From an uncultured virus (IMG/VR IMGVR_UViG_2660238363_000004) (lineage: Duplodnaviria > Heunggongvirae > Uroviricota > Caudoviricetes): 20,000 bases of DNA. The stretch lies in the IMG/VR virus record IMGVR_UViG_2660238363_000004; one strand, given 5' to 3'. How positions within the stretch are numbered: the stretch's first letter is position 1; each line of letters starts with the position of its first letter. The notes below the pieces were generated by a model. The model saw only the letters and a list, made by a program, of their open reading frames with translations, ran no database searches and was not told where the DNA came from. Below, one piece after another: positions 8,455 through 17,732 of this stretch. The position numbers and the translations under genes were made by a program.

Positions 8455-8898
8455 ATGACAGCTCAAATTTCAGCGTATGGCCGGCTGGTGGCCGACCCGC
8501 AGACCAGAACAACGGGAAAAGGTACGAACATGGCTATGGCCCGCCTAGCGGTAGCTCTGCCCTGTAATGCGGCAGATAACGGAGAGGCTACTTTCTGGTT
8601 GGGCGTGATTGCTTTTGGTAAACAGGCCGATGCGTTGGCCAAACATCGTAAAGGCGACCTTGTCAGTGTGGCGGGCAATATGCAGCTCAATCAGTGGACG
8701 GGTCAGGATGGCGGTATACAGCAAGGCTATCAGGTCATTGCGGACAGTGTACTCAGCGCCAGAACGGTACGACCAGGAGGTAAAGCAGGGCAGCAGGGTC
8801 AAGCTACGGATGCTCTGCGCCGTGCCCATGAGCAACAACCGCCCGCGACCGGGTATGAAGGATTCAACCAGACTCCGCCGTATGAAGATGATTTTTGA
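8455..8898 (+). CDS. ssb: Single-stranded DNA-binding protein
   Basis: OB-fold motifs (GRLVADP, AFGKQA, KGDLVSVAG) and an acidic C-terminal tail YEDDF. Confidence 0.92.
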   Translation: MTAQISAYGRLVADPQTRTTGKGTNMAMARLAVALPCNAADNGEATFWLGVIAFGKQADALAKHRKGDLVSVAGNMQLNQWTGQDGGIQQGYQVIADSVLSARTVRPGGKAGQQGQATDALRRAHEQQPPATGYEGFNQTPPYEDDF

Positions 8899-8947
8899 TT
8901 GAGCTATGTGGTTTAGTTTTTGCTGTTATGAGCCTGAATTGTATGAT

Positions 8948-9820
8948 TCAGGCTGCTATTTTAATAATTCTTTGAGCGGCTTCGAATGCACTGTTTACAG
9001 GAATGAAATTAATATCTTCCTTTAAGGCTAACTCGGTGAGTTCATTAACATAACCACGCATGCTTGCAACGGTTTTAGGTGGGATCGTTGGATCGTCGAA
9101 TGAAGGAATACCGACGATAACGTCAAGAGTCTTTGGCTTTAAAACCATACTGGAGCGAGAAAGTGATTCTAAATCATACACTTTTGCTTTAATAGAGTTA
9201 ATCGATGCCGATAAACGACTAGGTACCATTAACCCAAAATTAGACGCATAGATATCATTATAAAACCCAAAGCGCGTGTGCAACTGCGCACTTGATAGCT
9301 GGACTCGGGTACCAAAATAATCTGAAAGCTTCGGGTTTAGCTTTCTGGCTTCGTCAGATATTCTGGTTGACCATTGCTCAGACTGCTTCTGACTAGATCT
9401 GTCATCATCTTCTAAGCGTTCTGCCTCAAGGGTTAAAGTACCTAGGCTCGCTGTTAGCCTGACAGCCTGCCTTAAGATCCCTGATAAGCTATCGTCGAGA
9501 GCGTCTGAATTTTTTGAAATTGCGAAACCAGAAATCGGTGGAGCCCAATGTTCTAAGTTAATGTGGGATTCTAGGTGAGAATGGAGAGAGCTTCTCACCC
9601 AAGATACCATTGATTTGATTGATTCTGATTTGGTCCCGTAGATTGAATCGAGAACCTCATCTCTGATGGACTGTATGATTTCATGCTTACCATCAACTCC
9701 CCGAGCCACAATGATTGCATTAATTCGTTCGCCTGAACCGATGATGGGCTCAAAGGACACTGACCACCACTTACCTGCGTAGGTTGGTTTAGCTGGGAAC
9801 AGTGAGATGTCAAATGTCAT
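8948..9820 (-). CDS. Uncharacterised partner of the HipA-like kinase (290 aa; N-terminus reminiscent of DUF3037-like partners)
   Basis: ATG 9820 overlaps the kinase stop (ATGA). The N-terminal F.EP..GSGERIN.IIV motif resembles that of partner proteins of HipA_2 kinases. Confidence 0.7.
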   Translation of the reverse strand: MTFDISLFPAKPTYAGKWWSVSFEPIIGSGERINAIIVARGVDGKHEIIQSIRDEVLDSIYGTKSESIKSMVSWVRSSLHSHLESHINLEHWAPPISGFAISKNSDALDDSLSGILRQAVRLTASLGTLTLEAERLEDDDRSSQKQSEQWSTRISDEARKLNPKLSDYFGTRVQLSSAQLHTRFGFYNDIYASNFGLMVPSRLSASINSIKAKVYDLESLSRSSMVLKPKTLDVIVGIPSFDDPTIPPKTVASMRGYVNELTELALKEDINFIPVNSAFEAAQRIIKIAA

Positions 9821-10578
9821 TGAAACATGTCCGTTTGAGAGATGCATAGCCTAGATCTTATCAGAGTCTCGATTGATGACAATCTCTCGGTTAGAAAAGC
9901 TAAAATTTGAGCGATCACCGCATCGGGAACATACATTGTTGCCTGAGCGCTAGACATTACATCTTCCAAATTTAAAGCTCGATACATGGGGGTAATCATC
10001 TGTGAGGCGGTTCGTAAATCGCGGAATTTTTCTAATTCGGATTTGAATGAGAATAGAGCTCTCAAGATATTGTTATCGATTGCCGGTTCGCTAGCAGGCA
10101 GCCCTTCTGGGAGCGCGAGCCCATGGTCAATGAATAAAAAATCATCACATCCATCATAAAGAATGTTACCAACATTTCTGTCATGATTGGCAATCCATTC
10201 ATCGAAAACGCCAACATCTAGGGATGCTTTAAAATTCTGTAGTTTTTCGTATGCTTGACTGCAATCGGCGTACCGCCGAAAACTAGGATAATCCGCATCT
10301 TCAGAACCATACATCAGTGCATGCTGCCCTGGTGGGATAACATCCAACGTAGTGTTATCTGCGAGAACGAGGAAGGGCTTAGGAATTGGTATTCCTAGCT
10401 CTCTACCAAGAATAGCGCAGAATGCTTCCACGCAAATTTCCCGGGGATCAATGATCTTCGCAAACACTACAACCGTATTCGTTGCTGTTCTGACATGGGC
10501 TTTCCACGTCTGGTTTATGTTGCTATCACTAAACAATGTAGCCCCGGGTAAGAGGGTTGCTATCTCAATATTGTCCAT
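9817..10578 (-). CDS. HipA-like (HipA_2/PI3K-like) protein kinase
   Basis: VFAK lysine; E.F...LG..LG.PIP; catalytic loop FDEWIANHDRNVGNIL; Mg-binding IDHG. Confidence 0.88.
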   Translation of the reverse strand: MDNIEIATLLPGATLFSDSNINQTWKAHVRTATNTVVVFAKIIDPREICVEAFCAILGRELGIPIPKPFLVLADNTTLDVIPPGQHALMYGSEDADYPSFRRYADCSQAYEKLQNFKASLDVGVFDEWIANHDRNVGNILYDGCDDFLFIDHGLALPEGLPASEPAIDNNILRALFSFKSELEKFRDLRTASQMITPMYRALNLEDVMSSAQATMYVPDAVIAQILAFLTERLSSIETLIRSRLCISQTDMFQ

Positions 10579-10836
10579 ATCTAAGCCAAGATTTCCTACA
10601 GTACCCCTGAGAATATACAGAATACTCCCCTAGACATATCCTGATAAATGATCAGTGATTCATAATCAATCCGTCTGTAGTGATTTACTGATTTTGGCTA
10701 CTCGTACCGAGGTTGTATGCTCAGCTTGGAACAAAACCTAGTCGTTCTGTTCATGCTGTTGGCCATCACTGCGTGGCAGTTTCAACGCTACATGTAAAAT
10801 CAAAAGCCTCATCAAAATGCCCATATTTTATTTATA

Positions 10837-10924
10837 GGCAGAAACGGTGTGTTCTGGCTATGTATGGCAGGAATGGTGTGTCCTGCCTATCTATGGGCAG
10901 GTTTGACATGTTCTGGCTATGTAT
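10837..10924. repeat. Three imperfect 29-30 bp tandem repeats with internal inverted repeats
   Basis: GGCAGAAACGGTGTGTTCTGGCTATGTAT / GGCAGGAATGGTGTGTCCTGCCTATCTATG / GGCAGGTTTGACATGTTCTGGCTATGTAT. Confidence 0.8.
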
Positions 10925-10953
10925 AGACACATCAGGGTTGATATCTCTTAGTG

Positions 10954-11499
10954 TTAACTTGCTGCGCTGGGAGGTAGCGGGTATCTCAGGTCGATTTGTG
11001 GCGCATCGCTTAGAAGCCGGCCAGATCTTGCCATCAGGTATCCGGCTATTTCTTCAGGCGTCAAATCTACATGGAGCATGTCTTCATTCTGGAACCATTC
11101 ATTAGGCCAGTAGATGAGATCGGACGGATTGGCATCAAAGTTTATCTCCAGCAATCCCAGTGCCTAGCTTTGTTCCGATTCCTTGCCTTCAGCATTGCAC
11201 ACGAAACTAATTATCTGAACGAGTTCATCCCAGGTTAAATCCGCAACGTATTTCTCCTGATTAAATGCCATCCGGGTAAAGTTCTTTGCGTCGGTCCATG
11301 AGGAAAAGTCACGGAAATCAGAGAATTCATACGGATTAACTACCTGCCTGTTCCAGTCATCAATCATCGCTTTAAGCTCTTCATCATCTTCGTCAGCACC
11401 ACTATCAATTTGCGACAGCATTTCTTCGGCTGCGTCCGTTAGTTCTTTAAGTTTCTGGCGATTTATCTTGGCTGGCTTAAAACGTTCGGGTAAGGGCAT
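10954..11499 (-). pseudogene. Colicin/pyocin DNase immunity-like protein (181 codons) interrupted by an in-frame TAG
   Basis: ORFs 11164-11499 and 10954-11154 share a frame and join as ...KESEQS*ALGLLEINFDANPSDLIYWP...LTPEEIA. SDLIYWP matches the SDLIYYP motif of Im proteins. Confidence 0.75.
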
Positions 11500-11697
11500 C
11501 AGGTCTTCCTTGTTAAGTTGAGACTCAGCGGCGACAAGTCATTACGCAATCTTCGTTAAGTACTCCTCAAAAGTCTATAAAACAATCAATTTCCTTTCTG
11601 ATAACGATCGAATTTATTCTTTCATTAATTGCAATATAAACAATGATCATTTCATTAAGTGAAATTAAAATAACTGTATAAATATCAGGAGGTGGTC

Positions 11698-11865
11698 ATG
11701 TCAAAACAGTCCGTCAAACCTGTCTTGCTCAGCGAGGCACAAATTCAGGCAATCAGAAAAATTCAGGAAAAGCAGCGCCAGCAATCAGGTATCGGCGTTG
11801 CGCCAACTATCCATGAAATCGCAAGGGGGCTGGTGGACAAAGCCTTGCAACAGCATTTGGGCTAA
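11698..11865 (+). CDS. Small ribbon-helix-helix-like satellite protein (55 aa)
   Basis: My translation: MSKQSVKPVLLSEAQIQAIRKIQEKQRQQSGIGVAPTIHEIARGLVDKALQQHLG. Strong AGGAGGT SD; not in the ORF track. Confidence 0.75.
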   Translation: MSKQSVKPVLLSEAQIQAIRKIQEKQRQQSGIGVAPTIHEIARGLVDKALQQHLG

Positions 11866-11953
11866 AGGCTCTAACTTGTTGATACAAAGCAAAATAACTA
11901 ACTGCTTATTATTCATGCAGATGTTAAGTGTTTTAGGGTTAATAAAGGTAACT

Positions 11954-12139
11954 ATGAAAGCGTATATCCCTGACGAAGATTTGCTTCAGCAAGTTCAGGC
12001 ACTGGCTGATAAATTGCCACCTGAAGAGCGACTGCTCATTTTAGAGTTACTTCAGCGTTACAGCACTGTCTACAACGTTGCTCAATCATTCATCCCGGAT
12101 TATCCATGCGGTGTTTTGGACGCGTTATCCAAAAATTAA
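11954..12139 (+). CDS. Hypothetical helical protein (61 aa)
   Basis: AAGGT SD before ATG 11954; MKAYIPDEDLLQQVQALADKLPPEERLLILELLQRY...; ends 20 nt before the ejection gene. Confidence 0.6.
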   Translation: MKAYIPDEDLLQQVQALADKLPPEERLLILELLQRYSTVYNVAQSFIPDYPCGVLDALSKN

Positions 12140-12159
12140 GACCATAGGGAGTGCTTGTT

Positions 12160-14853
12160 ATGCCAATAGTACCAACTGTACAAGGTCGCCAAGTTGAAAG
12201 CCGCGGCGTGCAGACCGGAGGGTTTCAGGCCGTCGCTCAGCCAAATATTGGAGATGCCATTCTTGGTGCTGGAGAGCAGGCCTTGAATGTATTTGGCGAG
12301 GCTAAACAAAAGGCTAATGTTGCCATGGCGCAAAATGCGTCACTTAAGCTAAGCCAGACCGAAGAGGAGTTAAAAACTCAGTTGTATGGACTGCAAGGAC
12401 AGAATGCCTTAGGGAAAGGGCATGAGTTCACTCAAAAATATAATGAGCAAGTTCAGACATTATCTGACTCTCTTCCTGATGACGCCTCCAGACAAATGTT
12501 TTTGCAGCAAGCAAGATTGCAGCAGGTTCAATTCCAAGGAAATGTTAACAGATATGAGATAGGTCAAATAAACTCTTTTGAAAATGATCAAGTAAGTGCA
12601 ACCAGGAAGTTACAAATACAAAAAGAAGCTGATGCATGGGATAACCCGCAGGAAGCCGCGTTAGCTAAAAATATAAGAACAGTTTCAATTGCAAGATATG
12701 GTGCAGCCCGCGGATGGTCGCAGGAGCAAATGCTTGCAGAAATAGAAAAAGATAACCAAGAGGCGACAGAATTACGGGCGAAAAACTATGCTGTAGCAAA
12801 TCCAATTGGCTGGCTGGGCGGGAATTTTTCATCAGAAGATACTGGCGAATTAGATATGCGCGCCGTTGGACTGGTGGAATCTGGTGGCAAACACCGCAAT
12901 GCTGACGGCAGTCTTGTAACGTCTCCAGCTGGAGCCCAGGGGGAATTTCAGTTGATGCCGGATACTGGGAAAGAACTGGCAGCTAAGCGTGGATTGGAAT
13001 ACAACCCGGAAGATCCGGAGCAGCATGCGCAGCTTGCGCGAGACTATGCTGGGCAACTCAGTAAAAAATATCAGTCTGAAACGTTGGCTGGCGCAGCATA
13101 CAACTGGGGGATGGGTAACGTCGATAAACTGATCTCTAAAATTGGGGACCCACGTAAGGGCGATATCAGTATTGAGGATTTTGTAAAGCAATTACCGTCA
13201 GAAACTCAAGGGTGGTTATCAAGGTACAAAAAAAATACGACTGGCATGGACCCATTATCAATATATAAAATTGATAATATTGCACATTCTCAAATCGAGA
13301 AACAAAGGAGTCTTGTCCTAAAAGAACTTGAACCTACTTATAATAACACAATGGCCCAACTTAATAATGGTGAGGTCCCGGATTCTATCCCATCAATACC
13401 ATCGATAATGTTTGGCTTTGGAGAGCAGGGCAAAAAAATGGTAACTCAGCTTGATATTGCTATGGATAATGCCAAAACTTTTCAGGCAATCCAATACCTG
13501 CCTCCGACAGAGCAAAAAGCGGAACTTGAGAAGGTAAAACCTCAGGTTAATGACCCGGATTACGCATTAAAGTTTGATGCGTATGGAAAACTAAATGCAT
13601 TAGTCGCCAGATCCAATGAGGCGATTCAGTCCATGAAGGACTCCAATCGTTTTAATGAGGCTTTAGCAATTGGCGAAAAGCTTGATCCAAGCAATAAATC
13701 TATGCAGAAAGCTGCTGACAACACTCCATCTGCGCTTAATTTCCGCATTAATGATGCTAATACCCATGACGCGATCGTGCAGCAGGTAAACCAGACTGGC
13801 ATTATTCCTACTCAAGTTACCTCTCAGCTGAATGCCATCTCCCGTTCAAGTAGTCCTGAAGTAGTCAAACAGGGAGCTAATCTGTTTAATTCTCTGTACG
13901 AAACAGATCCTGCCTCTGTGGGTGACATGCCTAAGGATATGCAGAGTTTTTACCTGACTGTAAAGCAACTTACCGATTCCGGAATGGCGTCAGACGAAGC
14001 GGTGAAGCAGGCGCAGAACGTTACTTATAACCAGTCTGACGCTCTGAAATTACAATTGTCTTCTACGCAGAGTACGAAGGAATACAAAAAAGAACGTGCC
14101 AGCGCGATGGATTCCGCTGTCAGTAGCATGAAGCCTTGGTACAGCTTTGGCGGGCCAGTCGCAGATGACCAGAATGTAAACGCCGTCAATTTCCGCAATG
14201 ACTACCAGTCACTTTATGACATCAATTATCGTAACTCGGGCGGTAATGCTGATGTTGCCAAAAAGATGACCAATACCCAGATCGCCCGTACCTGGAGTCT
14301 CAGTGATGTGAATGGCAGCGCTCAGTTTATGAAATACGCACCTGAGGCGCTCTATAACTATGGGCCATCTGGTTGGCAGGCTGCGCAGTGGAAAGAAGAA
14401 AAAGAGCGCCTGACCTATGGAGAGCGTGAAGGCAAAATTGAAACCAGCCCGACTCAACTGGGAATCACATCAGGCTCTGCGCCAGTTATTAAGTCTAATA
14501 CCCCAGAGTCCAGAATAGGTGGTGAACTGGAAATCACCCCTGATGTTCTAACCACGCATAATGGTGATTACGCCATTATGGTTAGGATGAAAGATAAAGA
14601 TGGCATTGAGAGCGTACAGCCTTATTACGATAAATATGGCCGACCTATGCGCTGGAAACCGTCGCTGGAGGATTGGAAGCCATATCAGGATATGCAAAAA
14701 GAAAGCGAGATAAAAGGCCAGCAAGAGATTATTCGAGGCCAGGAAATTAGAAATTTCAAAGATAAGCATCGGGCTATGGATGAGCAATATCGTAAATTCC
14801 ATAACGATCGTATTAATCGGTTTAAAAACTATTTTTCATGGGATGCCGAATAA
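12160..14853 (+). CDS. Podophage-type internal virion / DNA ejection protein with soluble lytic transglycosylase domain (897 aa)
   Basis: SLT motifs VESGG (catalytic Glu ~12877), GAQGEFQLMP, AAYNWG and PSET at ~12850-13230. The N-terminus MPIVPTVQGRQVESRGVQ resembles, from recall, epsilon15/phiV10-like internal proteins. The rest is Q/A-rich helical sequence. Confidence 0.8.
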   Translation: MPIVPTVQGRQVESRGVQTGGFQAVAQPNIGDAILGAGEQALNVFGEAKQKANVAMAQNASLKLSQTEEELKTQLYGLQGQNALGKGHEFTQKYNEQVQTLSDSLPDDASRQMFLQQARLQQVQFQGNVNRYEIGQINSFENDQVSATRKLQIQKEADAWDNPQEAALAKNIRTVSIARYGAARGWSQEQMLAEIEKDNQEATELRAKNYAVANPIGWLGGNFSSEDTGELDMRAVGLVESGGKHRNADGSLVTSPAGAQGEFQLMPDTGKELAAKRGLEYNPEDPEQHAQLARDYAGQLSKKYQSETLAGAAYNWGMGNVDKLISKIGDPRKGDISIEDFVKQLPSETQGWLSRYKKNTTGMDPLSIYKIDNIAHSQIEKQRSLVLKELEPTYNNTMAQLNNGEVPDSIPSIPSIMFGFGEQGKKMVTQLDIAMDNAKTFQAIQYLPPTEQKAELEKVKPQVNDPDYALKFDAYGKLNALVARSNEAIQSMKDSNRFNEALAIGEKLDPSNKSMQKAADNTPSALNFRINDANTHDAIVQQVNQTGIIPTQVTSQLNAISRSSSPEVVKQGANLFNSLYETDPASVGDMPKDMQSFYLTVKQLTDSGMASDEAVKQAQNVTYNQSDALKLQLSSTQSTKEYKKERASAMDSAVSSMKPWYSFGGPVADDQNVNAVNFRNDYQSLYDINYRNSGGNADVAKKMTNTQIARTWSLSDVNGSAQFMKYAPEALYNYGPSGWQAAQWKEEKERLTYGEREGKIETSPTQLGITSGSAPVIKSNTPESRIGGELEITPDVLTTHNGDYAIMVRMKDKDGIESVQPYYDKYGRPMRWKPSLEDWKPYQDMQKESEIKGQQEIIRGQEIRNFKDKHRAMDEQYRKFHNDRINRFKNYFSWDAE

Positions 14854-17732
14854 TGCCTATCTATCCGCAATCTGATGTTCCGCCGAGCATAATGGATAAT
14901 GCCCTTCAGGCTCCAGCTGGTTTTGATGTATCGCTACCAGAAGGAACTAACCCGGAGCCACAGCAGAAACAACCTTCTGTATGGAATGCTGCTTTTCGTC
15001 AGAATAACCTGCTGGCTGGAATGTTTCGTCCGGCAAAGCAATTCGAACCGGCGGAGGGGTATAACCCTTATTCTGATAAAAACGAACTCAAGGGTTATGA
15101 GCAGTGGGGGACAGCTTTTGCTGATTCTCGATCCCCAGAGGAAACCGCCTGGATTAAAAACCAGATAGACGATGAAAACGAAGACCGCCGGGTGCTGTCT
15201 GAAGCAGGCCCTGAAGGAACTTTAGCCAGTATAGCCGCCGGGGTTATTGACCCCGTCACAGTCGCATCGATGTTTATCCCAGGTGCGCAGGGAAGCCTGG
15301 CCGCTCGTATCGGTTCGCAGGTTGCTATTGGAGCCGCTGGTACCGCGCTTAGCGAGGTAGCGCTCAATAACGAGCAGTACACCAGAACAGCCAGGGAGAG
15401 CGCCGCGCACATTACAGCCGGCGCACTTCTCAGCGGTCTCTTTGCAAGTGCTGGCTCGTTGATATCCCCCGGAGTCAGGTCCGCAGCCACACGTGAAATG
15501 GCCGATGCACTTGAAAATATAGGTACGGCTAACGCTATTAACCGTGGCATGGATAGCCTACCGGATGGCGGAAGCGTGGGCGCTATGCGGATAAGACAGG
15601 CAACCCTTGACGATCTCACTATTGACGGAGGAAAGGCAGCAGATATTGCTTTGAAAGCTGGCGGGTACATGACGCCTATATCACGTGTTATATCGTCGCC
15701 GTCACGCAACGCGCGGATCACGGCACTGGAACTAGCGGAAAATAACTTTGCGCTGCGCGGTAATCAACGCGGGTTCGAGACTCCTGTAGCTGCTGAAACC
15801 CGTGTACGCGGCTGGCGGAGGGAGGAGGCGGCGGTAGTGGTCACTAATAAGCAGGCGTATGCCAAATATAAAGCTGATGGCGGAGATCTCAATTACACCA
15901 GATTCCGCGAGGAAGTTGGAGACGCCATGCGAAATGGTGACATTCACGGTAATGCCGCCGTTCAGGATGCTGCGCGTGCATTGCGTCAGGTGGTCGATAG
16001 GGTAAAAGTCGCTCAGCAGGATCTTGGTTTACTACCACCTGATGCAGAGCTAAAAGCGTTGGGTCAGACCAGTTACTTCCCCCGAGTCTATAGAGTGGGG
16101 AAAATTGTTGAGGAACGCGATAAATTCCGTGATCTTTTAGTTAACTGGTGGTCGCGTGGCGCTTCGGCTATGTCGCGTGAAGATGCAGAGATCGCTGCAG
16201 ACGCAACGATAAATAAAATTGTTGGTGCAAAAATACCCCAGGATTTTATGAATGTTTTTACCGTCAAGGTACCAGGCAGCTCTCGTCAGCGCACTTTAAA
16301 TCTTCCGGATAATATGATGCGAGACTATCTGGAGAGTGACGCGAACTATGTGTTGCAGCGGCATATCAGGGAGGCTTCACCGGATATCGAATTAACCCGC
16401 GTTTTTGGAAACCGCAACCTTGAGCCCCAACTTAAGGCGATACAGGATGAATATGACGAACTGATGCGAGCCCGCCCACAGGAGCAGGCCAAACTAGCTA
16501 AAGCACGTGAGAATGACATTCGGGATATCACTGCTATGCGTGATCGTTTAGTTGGTACGTACGGAATGCCTGATGATCCATCATCCTTTTTCGTACGCGC
16601 TGGCCGGGCTATGCGTAACGTAAACTTCGTTACCAAACTCGGCGGCATGACGGTTTCTGCTATTCCCGATCTCGCTCGCGGAGTGATGGTCAACGGGTTC
16701 AGTAAAACCATGAAGGGTTATGGTGCGTTAATTTCCAAATCACCGGCATTCGCTGCTAACAAAAGCGAAATGAAAAAGATGGGGATTATGGTTGAAACGG
16801 TGCTTAACTCACGCTCGAGGTTGATGGCTGATCTGGTTGACAGTTCTACGCGCACGAACGCGGCTGAAGCTGGGCTGGATCGCGTTACTGATGTGTTCGG
16901 AAAGCTTACGCTGATGGGGCAATATAACGACATCAACAAAGCGATTAATGGGATGGTGACTGCAGATAGTATTCTGTCTGGTGCGGCTCCGGCTTCCAGG
17001 ATTGCGAAGCTGGGTATCAGTCCGTCTACATCCGCGCGCATAAACGAACAGTTTCGTAAGTATGGAGAGGTGCTTGATGGTTGGCACATCGGTAATTTTG
17101 ACAAATGGGATGATGATTATGCCGCAGGCGTGTTTCAGTCGGCTGTTATGAAGGACACAAACAACATCATTATCACGCCGGGGGTAGGGGATACGCCATT
17201 GTGGGCCAGTTCTCCAATTGGGCGTACGGTATTCCAGTTTCGCTCTTTTACGACTGCATCATATAACCGTGCAACAATTGGTGGTTTATCAGAAGGGACC
17301 GCGCAGTTTTACTACGGTACGGCCTTTCAAATTGCGCTTGGGGCACTCACGTATGCGCTTAAACAGGCTGCGAATGGTAAAGAGATCGACTGGTCGCCGC
17401 AAAAACTGGCACTCGAGGGGATTGACCGCTCCGGTTTCCTTGGCCCGCTGATGGAATATAACAATATGGCGGAGAAGGCAACTGGCGGGGCTTTGGGACT
17501 GGGCTCATTGCTCGGTACGGGTACGCAATCCCGTTATGCCAGCCGAGGCTTTGTAGGCTCTGTAATAGGGCCTACATTCGGCCTTCTGGATACCGTTACA
17601 GATGTGACCGCCGGCGTGCTGAATGGCGATGCAGGCGACCGCGTTCTGCACAGTGTGCGTACACTGCTACCTGGTAATAACTTGTTCTGGATCGCACCGT
17701 TGATAAATCAGGTTGATCCTGGTATGCGCTAA
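14853..17732 (+). CDS. Large internal virion / DNA ejection protein (T7 gp16-like class, 959 aa)
   Basis: TAATG coupling to the upstream gene. It has an N-terminal Gly/Ala-rich hydrophobic segment (GTLASIAAGVIDPVT...), YFPRVY, LGGMTVSAIPD and GRTVFQFRSF motifs, and Gly-rich hydrophobic C-terminal helices typical of podophage core proteins. Confidence 0.75.
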   Translation: MPIYPQSDVPPSIMDNALQAPAGFDVSLPEGTNPEPQQKQPSVWNAAFRQNNLLAGMFRPAKQFEPAEGYNPYSDKNELKGYEQWGTAFADSRSPEETAWIKNQIDDENEDRRVLSEAGPEGTLASIAAGVIDPVTVASMFIPGAQGSLAARIGSQVAIGAAGTALSEVALNNEQYTRTARESAAHITAGALLSGLFASAGSLISPGVRSAATREMADALENIGTANAINRGMDSLPDGGSVGAMRIRQATLDDLTIDGGKAADIALKAGGYMTPISRVISSPSRNARITALELAENNFALRGNQRGFETPVAAETRVRGWRREEAAVVVTNKQAYAKYKADGGDLNYTRFREEVGDAMRNGDIHGNAAVQDAARALRQVVDRVKVAQQDLGLLPPDAELKALGQTSYFPRVYRVGKIVEERDKFRDLLVNWWSRGASAMSREDAEIAADATINKIVGAKIPQDFMNVFTVKVPGSSRQRTLNLPDNMMRDYLESDANYVLQRHIREASPDIELTRVFGNRNLEPQLKAIQDEYDELMRARPQEQAKLAKARENDIRDITAMRDRLVGTYGMPDDPSSFFVRAGRAMRNVNFVTKLGGMTVSAIPDLARGVMVNGFSKTMKGYGALISKSPAFAANKSEMKKMGIMVETVLNSRSRLMADLVDSSTRTNAAEAGLDRVTDVFGKLTLMGQYNDINKAINGMVTADSILSGAAPASRIAKLGISPSTSARINEQFRKYGEVLDGWHIGNFDKWDDDYAAGVFQSAVMKDTNNIIITPGVGDTPLWASSPIGRTVFQFRSFTTASYNRATIGGLSEGTAQFYYGTAFQIALGALTYALKQAANGKEIDWSPQKLALEGIDRSGFLGPLMEYNNMAEKATGGALGLGSLLGTGTQSRYASRGFVGSVIGPTFGLLDTVTDVTAGVLNGDAGDRVLHSVRTLLPGNNLFWIAPLINQVDPGMR

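Noticed and set aside
10837..10924. Mini CRISPR array
   Set aside because: The units are contiguous with no unique spacers, and there are no cas genes.
10713..11105. 130 aa plus-strand ORF
   Set aside because: TTG start, runs through the repeat tract and antisense to the immunity-like gene, with no recognisable motifs.
11674..11688. LexA (SOS) box-like CTGTATAAATATCAG before the RHH gene
   Set aside because: The spacer is 9 nt rather than the 10 nt of CTG-N10-CAG; at best degenerate.
11798..11953. Long TTG-start version of ORF 11798..12139
   Set aside because: It overlaps the better-supported 55 aa gene; the SD favours ATG 11954.
15095..17104. Several minus-strand ORFs (up to 208 aa) within the 959 aa gene, and similar ones within int and primase
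   Set aside because: Antisense shadows of long coding frames with no independent signals.
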